DNA of 63,000 nucleotides, counting the filler, from Basidiobolus ranarum (lineage: Eukaryota): the NCBI GenBank assembly GCA_040143965.1. It is 5 parts of 5 records of this genome, joined end to end, with 100 filler letters (N's around TTAATTAATTAA, not from the genome) between each part and the next. Parts side by side here need not be neighbours in the genome. Positions count along the whole stretch, not along the records: positions 50,502 to 63,000 come from JASJQH010007415.1; 4 more parts are not named here. One strand, given 5' to 3'. Below, piece after piece: positions 51,787-63,000 of the stretch; position 1 is the stretch's first letter; each line of letters begins with the position of its first letter. The notes beneath the pieces were generated by a model. It was not told where the DNA came from, did not search any database, and saw only the letters and a list, made by a program, of their open reading frames with translations. Position numbers and translations under genes: made by a program.

Positions 51787-53460
51787 CTGTAGTAAATTTA
51801 GGCTAGGATTAAGTGAATGATCTCGTTGAGCAGTGGGTTTTGACTGTTATATAGCTGTAAATTCACCAATTCCCCAATAAAGAGCATCGAATATCCTTCG
51901 AATTAAATGATTAATATTGAAAAAATTCTTTTTGGAAAAGGCAGCTTTATCCTATCATTATGATAGACCACTTGACTAGAGTGGAGGAAGAGACAAATTA
52001 AATCTCACTTCTAATTTAGTATCTTGGTTACGGTTCATGCCTATTGGGGAAAATTTGGCGATTAGAAATTCTATGGATTCATTTGTGTTAATCCACATAT
52101 AATATACTATATATATATATGTAAACCATTTCTTTGCATTAATCCACATATAATATCTACGCTCAACGCTTAATGCTCAACCCGGATTTATTTGTATTAA
52201 TCCATAAAAACGCTCAACCAACGTAGCTACAAACAGACTATACAATCCCCTTTGAAGAACATAAAATTACCATAAACATTTGAATAAAGCAATGGCCGAA
52301 TAAGAACCATAGTTGTGTTTCTGCGGTGTGAAATAATCATAGACAAAGTTTTCTTGTGCGGACCACTAAGAGCAAATACCAGGAAGTCTGGAAGGGCAAG
52401 CACCATAGAGTATGTATATTATGGTCAACTTTTAAGGAAGGACCAATGAATACTTGATATAAATCTGATGAGTATGAATATGACGTATCAACCCTAACCC
52501 TAGCTAATACCGACAACATTGGAATTATAAATAACTCATTTCAGATGGCATCTTTTTACATAACTAATAAAATTGAATTGGAGATTAGCAAGCATAGGAA
52601 ATATAGGTTTAAATCATGCTAAGCAAATCCATTATTTTCCTTCACGAGGTAGAATACGTCGCTATGCAGAATATCTGAATAGAGCCAATGGTATAACTAA
52701 CCCTAAGTGGTGATCACTTGTAGATAAGTTGGTACCTTTTACTTTCGGTATATATCTTGGCAACTGAAAAGTCCGAGTAGAGCTTTGGTACAATGTGGTA
52801 AACTTCAAATATACTGCGTTGCCAAGACAGAAACTATAAGTAAATCAACGCTTAATACATCTATAAATAATCACCAATCATCACTCCAGCTTCTAATTTG
52901 ATCCTTGCCAATCATACTTGTTTATTACCGATTAGTATATCACATGAAAGTTGGTGCTAGATTACGATGATGAATATGATTATTACTCTTGAATAGCGAT
53001 TTTGTGTAGAAATCAATAGTTCATGCCAATCTAGGCTGCTTGCTACATTGCGTCGATCTGTGTTACTATTTATATCATCGCTATTTGACAGTTGGTGCAT
53101 GGGTTTGGACTATTCTTTCCAAGTCCTGCTCCATATGAGCAAATCCCTCTTTAGCTCTTCGCCAAGTTTTGCAAATTGGTAATCAATTGAATGAAACATC
53201 CAACATATTCTTACCCTAGAGAAATCCGAAATAAAATTGGTGTCAAATCATAGGTGAACTTAACTGTGGCTAATTGCATACTAGCTGGAATATTATATCC
53301 ATTTGCCTCAAGTCATGACTAATATTATATTCATTTACCTCAAAAGTCAAGACTCTCTATTTTTGTCACCAGCTCTTAGAACTTCTATTGTTGACCAATC
53401 GTGGTTAAAGAGCAACTACCATTGCATCACGGACACTAGGTAGCTCATCAACTTGGTATT

Positions 53461-53661
53461 TGTTGAAATTGGCATTGCCTAAATACCTGTATAGTCATAT
53501 ATAGCTTAGTATTTAGTTATCCTATATTGAACTAAGATATCTCCCATTATTCTCATGAGGAATTTACATAGAAGTTTGAAGATAGATAGATTTCGATAAC
53601 TTATGCTAGAAGCCAAACTCTGCATACATGTTCCTGGGACCTTCCTTAACACATTCTATAC
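53461..53661 (-). mobile_element. Truncated LTR copy (~200 bp)
   Basis: Begins TGTTGAAATTGGCATTGCC and follows 53774-54102 for about 200 bp, then similarity ends. Confidence 0.82.
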
Positions 53662-53773
53662 TTTTTCATAACAATAAATGAACCGTTTTCAAACATAGCA
53701 ATCAGTAAAGTCAGTCCGAATGGGATTTGGCAATTATTATTAATTAGTAGAATATGTCCATTTAACTGTTTGA

Positions 53774-54102
53774 TGTTGAAATTAGCGTTGCCTAAACACC
53801 TATATAGTCATATATAGCTTACTACTTAGTTATCTTATAATTCACTAAGATATTATCCATTATTCTCATGATGAATTTACTTAGAAGTTCTCAGGTATAT
53901 AAATTTTGATAACTTGTGCTAGAAGCCCCAGACTTTGCATACATGTTCCTGAGACCTTCTTTAGCACATTTTACACATTAGTCTGTTTACATCTTGACTA
54001 AACTATAAATTTCAACCTTCTACTCAATAGATCAATAAGTGAATACCACCAATTCCTCTAATTCTCCAAACAACTTCCAACAGGCTCCCAAATACTTTAA
54101 CA
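53774..54102 (-). mobile_element. Solo LTR, 329 bp, with 5-bp TSD TTTGA
   Basis: TGTTGAAAT...CTTTAACA flanked on both sides by TTTGA. Confidence 0.87.
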
Positions 54103-54572
54103 TTTGATATGAAAGATGGTTGTTAGACTTCAGATTTTGATCATAAATGTATGAAGTATTGCAAAATAGTGAATAGGGCTGTGAGTCATAGAGCATCAAA
54201 GATTACATATTGCACATCTAATTTGTTAAGCATTAAGATTTACATATTGTACTCCTAGTTTGCATATGATGCCTTTGTTGTTTCAGAATAATTCCCATGT
54301 AAGCTATTGCCAGAGCAGCTCATAGGTTCTAACAAATCTGAAATAAATAATTGGGAATATTCAACACTTTCAATACACTCAAATTATTCCTTATTACATA
54401 TGAGTATTGACTGTCAGATTCCTTTTGTATAGATTGGCTTAGTTCAATATCACCTGTATTTCATTCCCTTTTGATTGGCATTTATTAATGCAATAATTAC
54501 CATAGAAAGTGAATGCCTCCTTATGCTACACTCCTATCATGCAATCAAATACCAAGGAAAACTAATCAAAGA

Positions 54573-55417
54573 TCACTGGACAGAATCTTGGCTTTCACTC
54601 ATCATATCTTCACAAGTCTGCTTGGCTTGCTTCAACGTGTAAGTTAGTATCAGCGGCTTTGTGTTAGATAAAGCAGAAGAATTTAGAGCATCTTCAGCAT
54701 CCTAAAGAGATACATGTCTAAGTTAACCAATACTAATGATCCTTCACAGAGCAGCACTACTTACTGCTTGGGTACCACTTGGCCATCTGCGGATTTGAGC
54801 CCTCTTAAGAATTAGACTGACGGTATCAACCTTTAGGGGCTCAGGGAGCATTGCAACAATCAGTAGAGTGCCATCGAAGGCCAAGCGATCTATCACTTCA
54901 GATAATTCCCCTCCAGCAGCTGTTACAATTATTAATTCGGCCCCTCCCAATTTCTTCAGTTCCTGGACGACATCTTGACTGGATTGATCAATGTAGATAT
55001 TGGCGCCTAATTCACTTGCGAGTTCTTTCTTATTTGTTGAACTTGAACGCGCCACAGTAATATACCCGAATTTTTTTGCATACTGAATAGCCAAATAACT
55101 GAGGCCACCAATTCCTACTACGCCATAAATATCCCCGGGATGAATGTTGTTCATATTTCTCATGGAGTTATAATCTATAATTCCGGCGCAAATATATATA
55201 TAGGATAATTGATCCCAGGCATACGATTATATTGAAGAACACAATCACACTACCAATAAAAATATTGTTCTCAGAGCCATTGAATGAACGCATCATACCT
55301 GTGGCAAACTGTACACACTTGAACCTTGCTTAAAACTTCACCTGGTTCTGGTTGAGGAATAGGTTTCTCGACAATTTCCAAGTCACTACCCGGCTGATTA
55401 AAGATTACACATTTCAT
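54573..55417 (-). pseudogene. Zn-dependent alcohol dehydrogenase pseudogene
   Basis: MKCVIF..LEIVEKPIPQPEPGEVL.KV..C.VCH, then a stop and loss of the GHE and structural-Zn region; GIGGL Rossmann segment and WPSGT retained; C-terminus frameshifted. Confidence 0.78.
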
Positions 55418-58353
55418 CAACATGTTGAAAGGATGATAAATTTGGATATCATTCAGAAATGTATATATATTGGAAAGAGGTCGAGTGTCCGTAGCCACAA
55501 GCAAACAGAGTCTTTTATGAAATGCTTGCAAACAGGCCTCCTTAGGAATGGTTCACTTAGATACAAGTTTCTACGGAAATATGAAGCTGAGTGTTGGAGA
55601 TTTAAAATTACCATGACTTAATAGCAACACTGAGGTGCCGTGGTTGATATTCAAGCCCACAACCCGTATATACTTATCTATCCAACCCTGATTCGAGCAC
55701 CGTTGTGATTTCCAAGTACTGGCTCCATATTGATAATAACTTTACACGTGCAAAAGCCTTTATCTAGTGCTGTATTTTGTATCACAATAGAAATTTTACT
55801 GTGCCAACATGCATTGTATGCTCCAAAAATAGCCCATTAGGCTCGTTTCAAAATATGTTTAAGGAATCAGGACAGAAAATTGGATTTAAAATACCTTAAA
55901 TGGGTTAGGAGGAGTACGTATTTACATATCTAATTTACAACGCCAATCCTCCAGATATCCTATAATATGGTTTCTAAAATACTATCATTTTTCTCTACAT
56001 CCATCATTTATTTTTTTAATGCAACAGCACTGCACACAAACCAACAAAAACACGTTAAGTTCGAAACATTGATACTAAAATTGAATAAAGTCAATTCGTT
56101 ACTATACTCAAAGGATGTAACATTATGGAGGTACACTCGACTGTATTGAAGCATGTGTTGTACAAATATGAAAGAAAAGCCTTCAGAAAGATGTTACTTC
56201 ATATGAAAATCTATGGTACCGCCATGCTAATTCCAGATAAGCACGGTTACCTGAGAAGCGGTTGGTAGGTGCCCTTTTAGCTGGAATTTGGGAAGATGAT
56301 ACAAGAATGTTGGATAAAAACGCTTCAGTTTAACACTAATTCAGCCATACAAAGCAAAGTGTCCATTAGGAAGGCGTTATATAAGACGCGATCGAAGGGA
56401 ATTCCCTTTGCTCCGATTGGGATGTCAATGCTGTAATGGAGAGAATACAACGATCCAGTATTCTTTAATATCTAAGTAAAGTCCTAAAGCATTTAGGTGT
56501 CGGTGGTAGAGAATATATGGTCATCGGCATCTTGTAGGGTTAGGGTAGCATCTTGTAGGGTTAGGTTTCAGCAGAGATGAGAATCAGTTGAGAATGATTC
56601 AATACTAACAAAACCCTCCAAAGCTGGCTCGACGCTAACTTTATAGTCTGTCTCATTCAGGATCAGACCCGATGGGAGTAATGAGAATGAAGTATACTAT
56701 TTACATCGATCCTGGTTCAATGATATTGAATGGGCAGAACGTGTGAGAGCTGACTAAATATGTTCGACGCTATCATCTAAATCAGGCGTATCTTGAATGG
56801 CCTGGAACTCCGGTCTTAGGCTTACCATAAGCTTATTATCATTCGATGAATTATATGCATCTTAAAGAAGACAGTCCCCTATTCTATATCTTTGATTAAA
56901 TATTCTTGCTTGAATATCCTTGATTGACGGTGGATAAATTAGGTGGTAACGATGCCATTTTCAACAAAGATATAATGGAAATAACTTAGGGTTAGGGTTA
57001 GGCAAAAGCTTGATTATAGACCCGATTGGGTTTCCAAACATGATTAAACTTAATTTAAGCAAATATATATGTTGCACTTCGCTTCCCATCTAGATTGTTT
57101 ACAAGACCATTTCAATTGTTACCACCTATATGGCATGTATAAGACAAGTCAAATAACCTAGCAATAAGCGATTTGAAGTTAGACAAATAGGCTGCTTGCT
57201 AGTCTACCGCCCAGGTGAATAATTGCCTGAAGAAGCAATTGCACGATATGAATAAGGCTATATACTATACTAATGTAGATATCAGCCTTAGTTCTGATGG
57301 AAGTAGTGCTGTTCTACTGCATATATCGTGGTTATTACCTACAGAGATCATTTGATTAACGCCATATGACGGTGAAACAATTTCTTTAGGGCCGTTCGAA
57401 AAAATGGGCAGCTATCGATTTGATGTTTCTTTCGTTTGTAGAATAAAAAAGTAAATCAGAGTTGGGATTTTGTAGCGTCACATTCCTCCAACGCTTTCCA
57501 TTAAGGTTAGGGTTAGGATTAGTGGAATATATAGATAGGGCTTGGCATCCGGTTACAATTATAAAGTTATGCTTAAAGTATAGCAATGCTGATGACTTTA
57601 GATGTAAAAATTTGGAATGGAAATCCTTCGTTTGTAAGCATCTTTGTTCATATATTACCAAGCATTCAAACTTGTTTACAACATAGATTATCTTTGTTAC
57701 AGATAGTAATGGTTTCGATCGACCTCCATGAATCTTGATAATCATTTAATCCAAGTAGTTACCAATCAAGAGCAGAGGAGCCAAACAAGTTGAAATCTGG
57801 GTATGCATGAGCGTTGGGGAATGACGAAGCATTGCCAATGGGAAGGGCTAGGGTACTGTTGGACACGGTAATTTAGTGTTGTTTTGATTTAGTGTTTTGA
57901 TGATGATATTCGGCTAACTCCATGGAATTTCTTGCTAAAAATAGTGTTAGTTCAATACAGTAGGGTTAGGGTTAGTATCTGGTCTAGGATAGGGCATTCT
58001 GCAAGCTTGGTTGTTCCACCAATGATTTCTTGTACTTGTGTAGTCCCAATATAGGAAACATCGAGCCATTCATAATTCAATCCAACGTTATTCTACACCC
58101 GCTCTGGCCATAGAAAAAAACCTAGAAAATAATATTTGGTACGCCGCACTTGATTTGGTAATTTCTTCCTCCACTATTTCTACAATCAATTAATAAGGGG
58201 CGTGAAAGTCAAATAGTACCGTTTAGACTTTGCGAAAATCCACTTTCTTTCGAAGCTACATTATTCTACAACTTTTTCTATTTTCATTTTAACCCTCCTT
58301 TGCGGGTGAATTGATGGACTATCGATTTAACTGAAGAAGAAAACCATACTTCA

Positions 58354-59202
58354 ATGACTAGGTATTCCTCTCATTAACATAATTCACACCCCATAAGTTA
58401 ACCACGCTTCAGGTACCGTTTAGAAATAATTCAACAGCCGAAGCGCGCCAGGATGTGCGGCTTTGGCGACAAGGATCGTAGACTTGTAGGCCCATTGCCC
58501 ATCTTAGAGCTTAAAGTGTTGAATGACGAGGATGAACTCATGACAAAGTTGATATAGCTTACTGCTCTGTCTTCCATTTGAATTATACTAAACAGATAAT
58601 TTCGTAACCTAGCCTATACGATGTTTCAAGTCTAATAGTTCATGTGGATCTTTGGTCTGAAGATTGTAAGCGTGACTGTAACGTAGTTGTAAATCCTACC
58701 TCCATACCAACAGCACACAGCAATGAGCATCAGGGAGCGTCAGTTATGTCACTTGGTGGACCTGTGAATGTCCGTAATCTAATTGGATCCACTGTTTCTT
58801 CATCGTATCAACTCAAACATATGAGTGGGAAGCCTGGTGTCTTTTTTTTGTTTCCAGATCTCTCAGTAAGAGTTGAGGGGGTGTTCAGATTCCGATTTAG
58901 TCTTTGGGATGTTATGAGGTAACTGCTCCTATTTTATCCACATCAGCCGAAAGTTAATCCGAAAATTGACTATTAAGGAGGTCATGGAGTGGTGAACACA
59001 ATAATATGCTTACTTACGTATTCAGCGAACCTTTCACTGTTTATCCACCACGAAACTTTCCGGGAATGACCGGTAAGAGTGCTATGTCGACATTAAGACT
59101 CTACTGCAAAACTAACTATGATGACTAGAGGTCACACCTTTATCCGATTGGTTTTCTGGGCAAGGCATGAAACTTTCTCTTCGCCGGCCCGGAGAGCAAT
59201 GA
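58354..59202 (+). CDS. Velvet-domain transcription factor (VelB-like), 5 exons, about 205 aa
   Basis: YRLEIIQQPKRARMCGFGDKDRR, RNLIGS, GVFFLFPDLSVRVEGVFRFRFSL, FSEPFTVYPPRNFPGM..TPLS..F..QG.KL. Confidence 0.92.
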
Positions 59203-61165
59203 ACTAGACTGATATCATCAGTATGTTTCGTTTGCTATTCAATCACATAGAGGAAGTACGCCGTGCAGGGGGAGAGGTGAGGTCAATATCTTTACATTTA
59301 AGTGGAGAATGTCGGGATAAGTGATGACTGATTGAATACCCAAATCTTTACAAAGGGATGGATCGACTCACAGTCTTGTATTTTTAATATGGTGAAAGAG
59401 TGCCTTCTACTAAATAGTGTATTAAAAGGCACTCAAGTAACTCTTTTTTATTTTACCCTCCACACTCTCTGTCCATTATGTAATCGAACCCGGTAGTTAA
59501 AAAGACATAGCATATAGGTTTTACAGAGGGCTAATGATGCTCCCAACTCATATTACATTAAATAATTGCACCTATACACACACACCTGCACACATTACTC
59601 AGCCAAGTTTAGTCAAAGACCCAGGTCATATCAATTACAATCAATATTATGATTCAATTGAGTTAATAATAGAAACAAGTCGCCTTAAACCGCAGGTCTG
59701 AAACAAATGATTACTCTGGTATTTGTGCGATACTATACAACAGGTTAAGTCATCGATAGGTTTCTCCACTTGAGGTTTGGAATTCCGTGGGAATAGGTGG
59801 CAAGAATGATTTATTTGTTAGTAATCTACCAAGTTTTCCGTGAAAACCATACCAAGAAACTTTCCGATTCGCCCTAATGCATGTATGTATACATATGAAT
59901 AAAAGCGGTTTTTTGCTACATAGATTAAGCTTCGCCAGACTCAAGATCTATAACTTCTTAGAATGGCTTGCATCGGATCCGATCATGCTGGATGGACGGC
60001 ATTCGAAGATCTTCAGTTGATTGTGTTCACTCTTAAGTTGGATAGGTATGTGATGCGTGTAATACATGCTCGTACTAATGTAGTGGAGGATGGTTGATGA
60101 GCACTGTCGTTACTCAGTCCTCCAATCGTGTACCACTAATATAACGGAAGGGGTTTTGATTGGTGTACTAGTTTTTTACTGTTAGCTTGTGACTTCTGCG
60201 CTGGTGTTTACTATAGATCTGCTAGATTTGCACATTCATTCAAGTGCACTTGATCTTGGCTATAAATTAATCGTATACATAAAATAGAATGTGTAAGTTG
60301 GTGGTATCAGAGGAGAACTAGCATAGACACAAGTAGAAATCGTATGCATTGTGTGTTAACAGAAGTAAAAAGGAAATATTACTAGGATAATAGCTACTTC
60401 CCGAGTTTAGTTATATTGAGTGAGTAATGATTACAATATTGTCTAGTTCAAGCTTATGCTCAAGAAAGAGGACAATAATGCCTAGTTCAGGGCCATGCTT
60501 AGAAAAGATCACAAAATTACCTCACTCCAAGTATTCAACAATACACTGAATCAGGTATAGATTCAGCTAGTGTGATTCTGATCGAAACATCACCGGCCCG
60601 AGCAACAAGTTGTATAATGATCTAGATCCATCTCAAACCAATTAGACTAGAAGTAGCAGTTTGGAACGGATGTTTCAGAAACATGATTCAGTAATATTCG
60701 TTTAGTGCTCCGCGTAGCGCATTTACGGATCTGTCGGTACTAATACCTGATTAACAACAATGCTGTGACCGATCAATGATCATATGCAGCAAATATAAAC
60801 AACTCCATCCTTTTGGGGCAAAAACTTCAGCCCACCTTGTATGAAAACACTGTAGACACAAGCTATATACTCAAGATTTTAGTGCTCATAAAGCCGTAGT
60901 GTCCTGTCTACAAAACATAGATATTAAAAACTCTATACGTACCGTAAATCCAGAGTAGCTTTCACCGCATGGATTTTCGGAGTGTATATCCATTAGTCAC
61001 TCATAAAGGAAAAGTTGATCTTATTGAAATTTGGAGTTTCAACAGATCTATGCCATTTCTCATATAAAGCTTATTTTAATGAAAGTTTGTGGTGAAAAAA
61101 TGCATTCATGTGCTTACTGTTAATAAATATATACAAACATGTGGTAATATCATATAAGTATTGTA

Positions 61166-61675
61166 CTAAAGCAACATCTCGATACCCCAACTCTCAGTCA
61201 GCGAATACAATACCGCACATATATCATCATATTTGTAATGTCGTTGCCTAGCATCAACTCGAGTATAGGATTTGTGACAAAAAGCACATCTATATGGTTT
61301 ATCACCGGTATGTAATCTTTCATGCCTTTCCAAGTCATATTTTCTGGCGAAAGATCTTGAGCAGTGTGTGCAGGTGAATGGTCGATCCTTTGGCGGGGGT
61401 GTGCTTCCAACACTTCTCGTCCTTCTATTATTCAAATTTCGAGGTAACCGCTTTTGTCCAGTTTCCGATGGTACTGATGAGGAAGTATGCAATTCTGAGG
61501 GTTGGATCTCTACCGGTGGTAAGAGTGGGTACTCTACACCAATATTTATATTGAAGTCGAGGGGATATAAGATATGACCATGTTCTGCTTGTATAAACTC
61601 CGTTGGCTCCACCACATTTGAGGAGCCGCTATTTGGACCCAATTCTAGGTTAGGGTTGTGAAAACGAGAATTCAT
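61166..61675 (-). CDS. C2H2 zinc finger protein (two fingers), intronless
   Basis: RPFTCTHCSRSFARKYDLERHERLHTGDKPYRCAFCHKSYTRVDARQRH. Confidence 0.9.
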   Translation of the reverse strand: MNSRFHNPNLELGPNSGSSNVVEPTEFIQAEHGHILYPLDFNINIGVEYPLLPPVEIQPSELHTSSSVPSETGQKRLPRNLNNRRTRSVGSTPPPKDRPFTCTHCSRSFARKYDLERHERLHTGDKPYRCAFCHKSYTRVDARQRHYKYDDICAVLYSLTESWGIEMLL

Positions 61676-62795
61676 GATCGGCTTTGAAATTTAGCAAGTG
61701 ATGAAGGAGTACTTATATATTAGAGCGCTCATCACCTCCTCTCCAACAATAGAGTCATTCAGATTATAACGGTGCTAAATAGAACATGCTTATACGAGAT
61801 GACTTATCTGCGTTCATCAAAGATCATTGATTTACATTGTAACCTGATTAAATTTTGACTAACTTGGTAGTAAGGTTTAAATGAAAATAACTTGAAATCA
61901 GGTTTTGACTAATGGGCTTATCCCTATGTCTTAGTAATCCCAACAACTGATAGTTGACCTAGACTGTGGATGATGTAATGGTTCAACGATCTCTGTGTAA
62001 AGGTTGAGGGCGAATTTCCAGTAACTCTCAGAATGAATGTGGGGAAATGATTCAGCTCAAGCAGTGTATAATCTAATTTATTCTGACATTAATGGGATTA
62101 ACTCCGCACGTCCCACTGATATTCTCCACAAATGCCAGTTGCATATACTTTGTGAACGAGGGTACTAATACTACTATAAACTTCTTTATAGCATTGCTTG
62201 TATGATTTACTGACTATCAATTAACGGCATCTATACCGAAAATCACCCTTTTCTGTGACATTTCTAAATTAAATGATTCAAATATAAAGACCTTTGGTTT
62301 CAGTAGCATAATTGTACGTAAATGTTAGAACAAACTGGTCGCTCACTGGATCATCTTGGGAGTGACTTGGCCACTTGCATTGCAATTACCTTGAATTCTT
62401 ATACCCAGTTGCCGATTTCCGAGATAATCCATCTAACCAAAACAGGGATTAATGTTCGTGCAAACATATTCAATGATGGCATTTGAACAAGCAAACTGGG
62501 AACAACTAGGACTCTGAAACATATCATCAATAATCAATCGGTACGGATAATCAAAATTATCTCAAGCTTTACTGCATTCAAAATATCATCCGTAATACCG
62601 GCACTGATTCATTAGGTAAAAACAAATCGACTAGTTTTTATCTTCAAAATATTCCATATCAAAAGTGCTGGATGGGAACTAGTAGAATAGTGGAGTTTAA
62701 TAGGACTTTATTTATGCAAATATGTGTGATATTAGTCAGCTTATTGACTATCAGGTGGATTAAAATATTCAGACACTTAACATTGAGAATTGCTT

Positions 62796-63000
62796 TTAAC
62801 GACGAGCGATAGTGGCAGTGATATAACCAGATGGGTCACTGACAGGTTGGAAGATGTTCATATCCTTGCCTTCATTAGATAGGTTGAAGGGTTTGAGGTT
62901 GACACTGAAGTAGTGCTTGTTGGGGAGTGCATAGCTGATCTCACTAACATCTACGTGCTGGGTCAGCACTCTCTCTCCCATCTTGTACATGGTGGCCTGC
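62796..63000 (-). CDS. UOX: Urate oxidase (uricase), C-terminal fragment
   Basis: QATMYKMG..YALPNKHYF..L..F.L.N..IFQP..DPSGYITATI.R uricase signature. Confidence 0.92.
   Translation of the reverse strand, partial: QATMYKMGERVLTQHVDVSEISYALPNKHYFSVNLKPFNLSNEGKDMNIFQPVSDPSGYITATIARR

Overview
Intron-rich, AT-rich fungal genomic DNA. The gene content suggests an early-diverging fungus, possibly Basidiobolus (inference). The window is not one locus: it is five ~12.5 kb segments joined by artificial N44-TTAATTAATTAA-N44 spacers. Segment 1 holds a LEM/MSC nuclear envelope gene, a GPI-type GH16, an IPNS-family 2OG-Fe(II) oxygenase and the 3' part of an NRPS (C-A-T-E-TE, degenerate E domain). Segment 2 is housekeeping: RPS17, a stand-alone IGHMBP2-type AN1 zinc finger, nucleoplasmin-FKBP, tRNase Z, RPL39, a PNPOx-like protein and GUP1. 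Segment 3 holds acetoacetyl-CoA synthetase, a thaumatin, a fucosyltransferase-like gene and a KP4 killer-toxin-like remnant. Segment 4 holds a secreted Tha p 2-like Cys-rich protein, an AA11-CBM5/12 pseudogene, a CAP protein and a GPCR. Segment 5 holds a micro-exon GPI protein, an ADH pseudogene, a velvet factor, a C2H2 factor and the end of uricase. A ~320 bp solo-LTR family (6 copies or fragments, some with 5-bp TSDs) and a telomere-like TAGGGTTAG motif are dispersed between genes. Family assignments come from motif recognition; no database searches were run.
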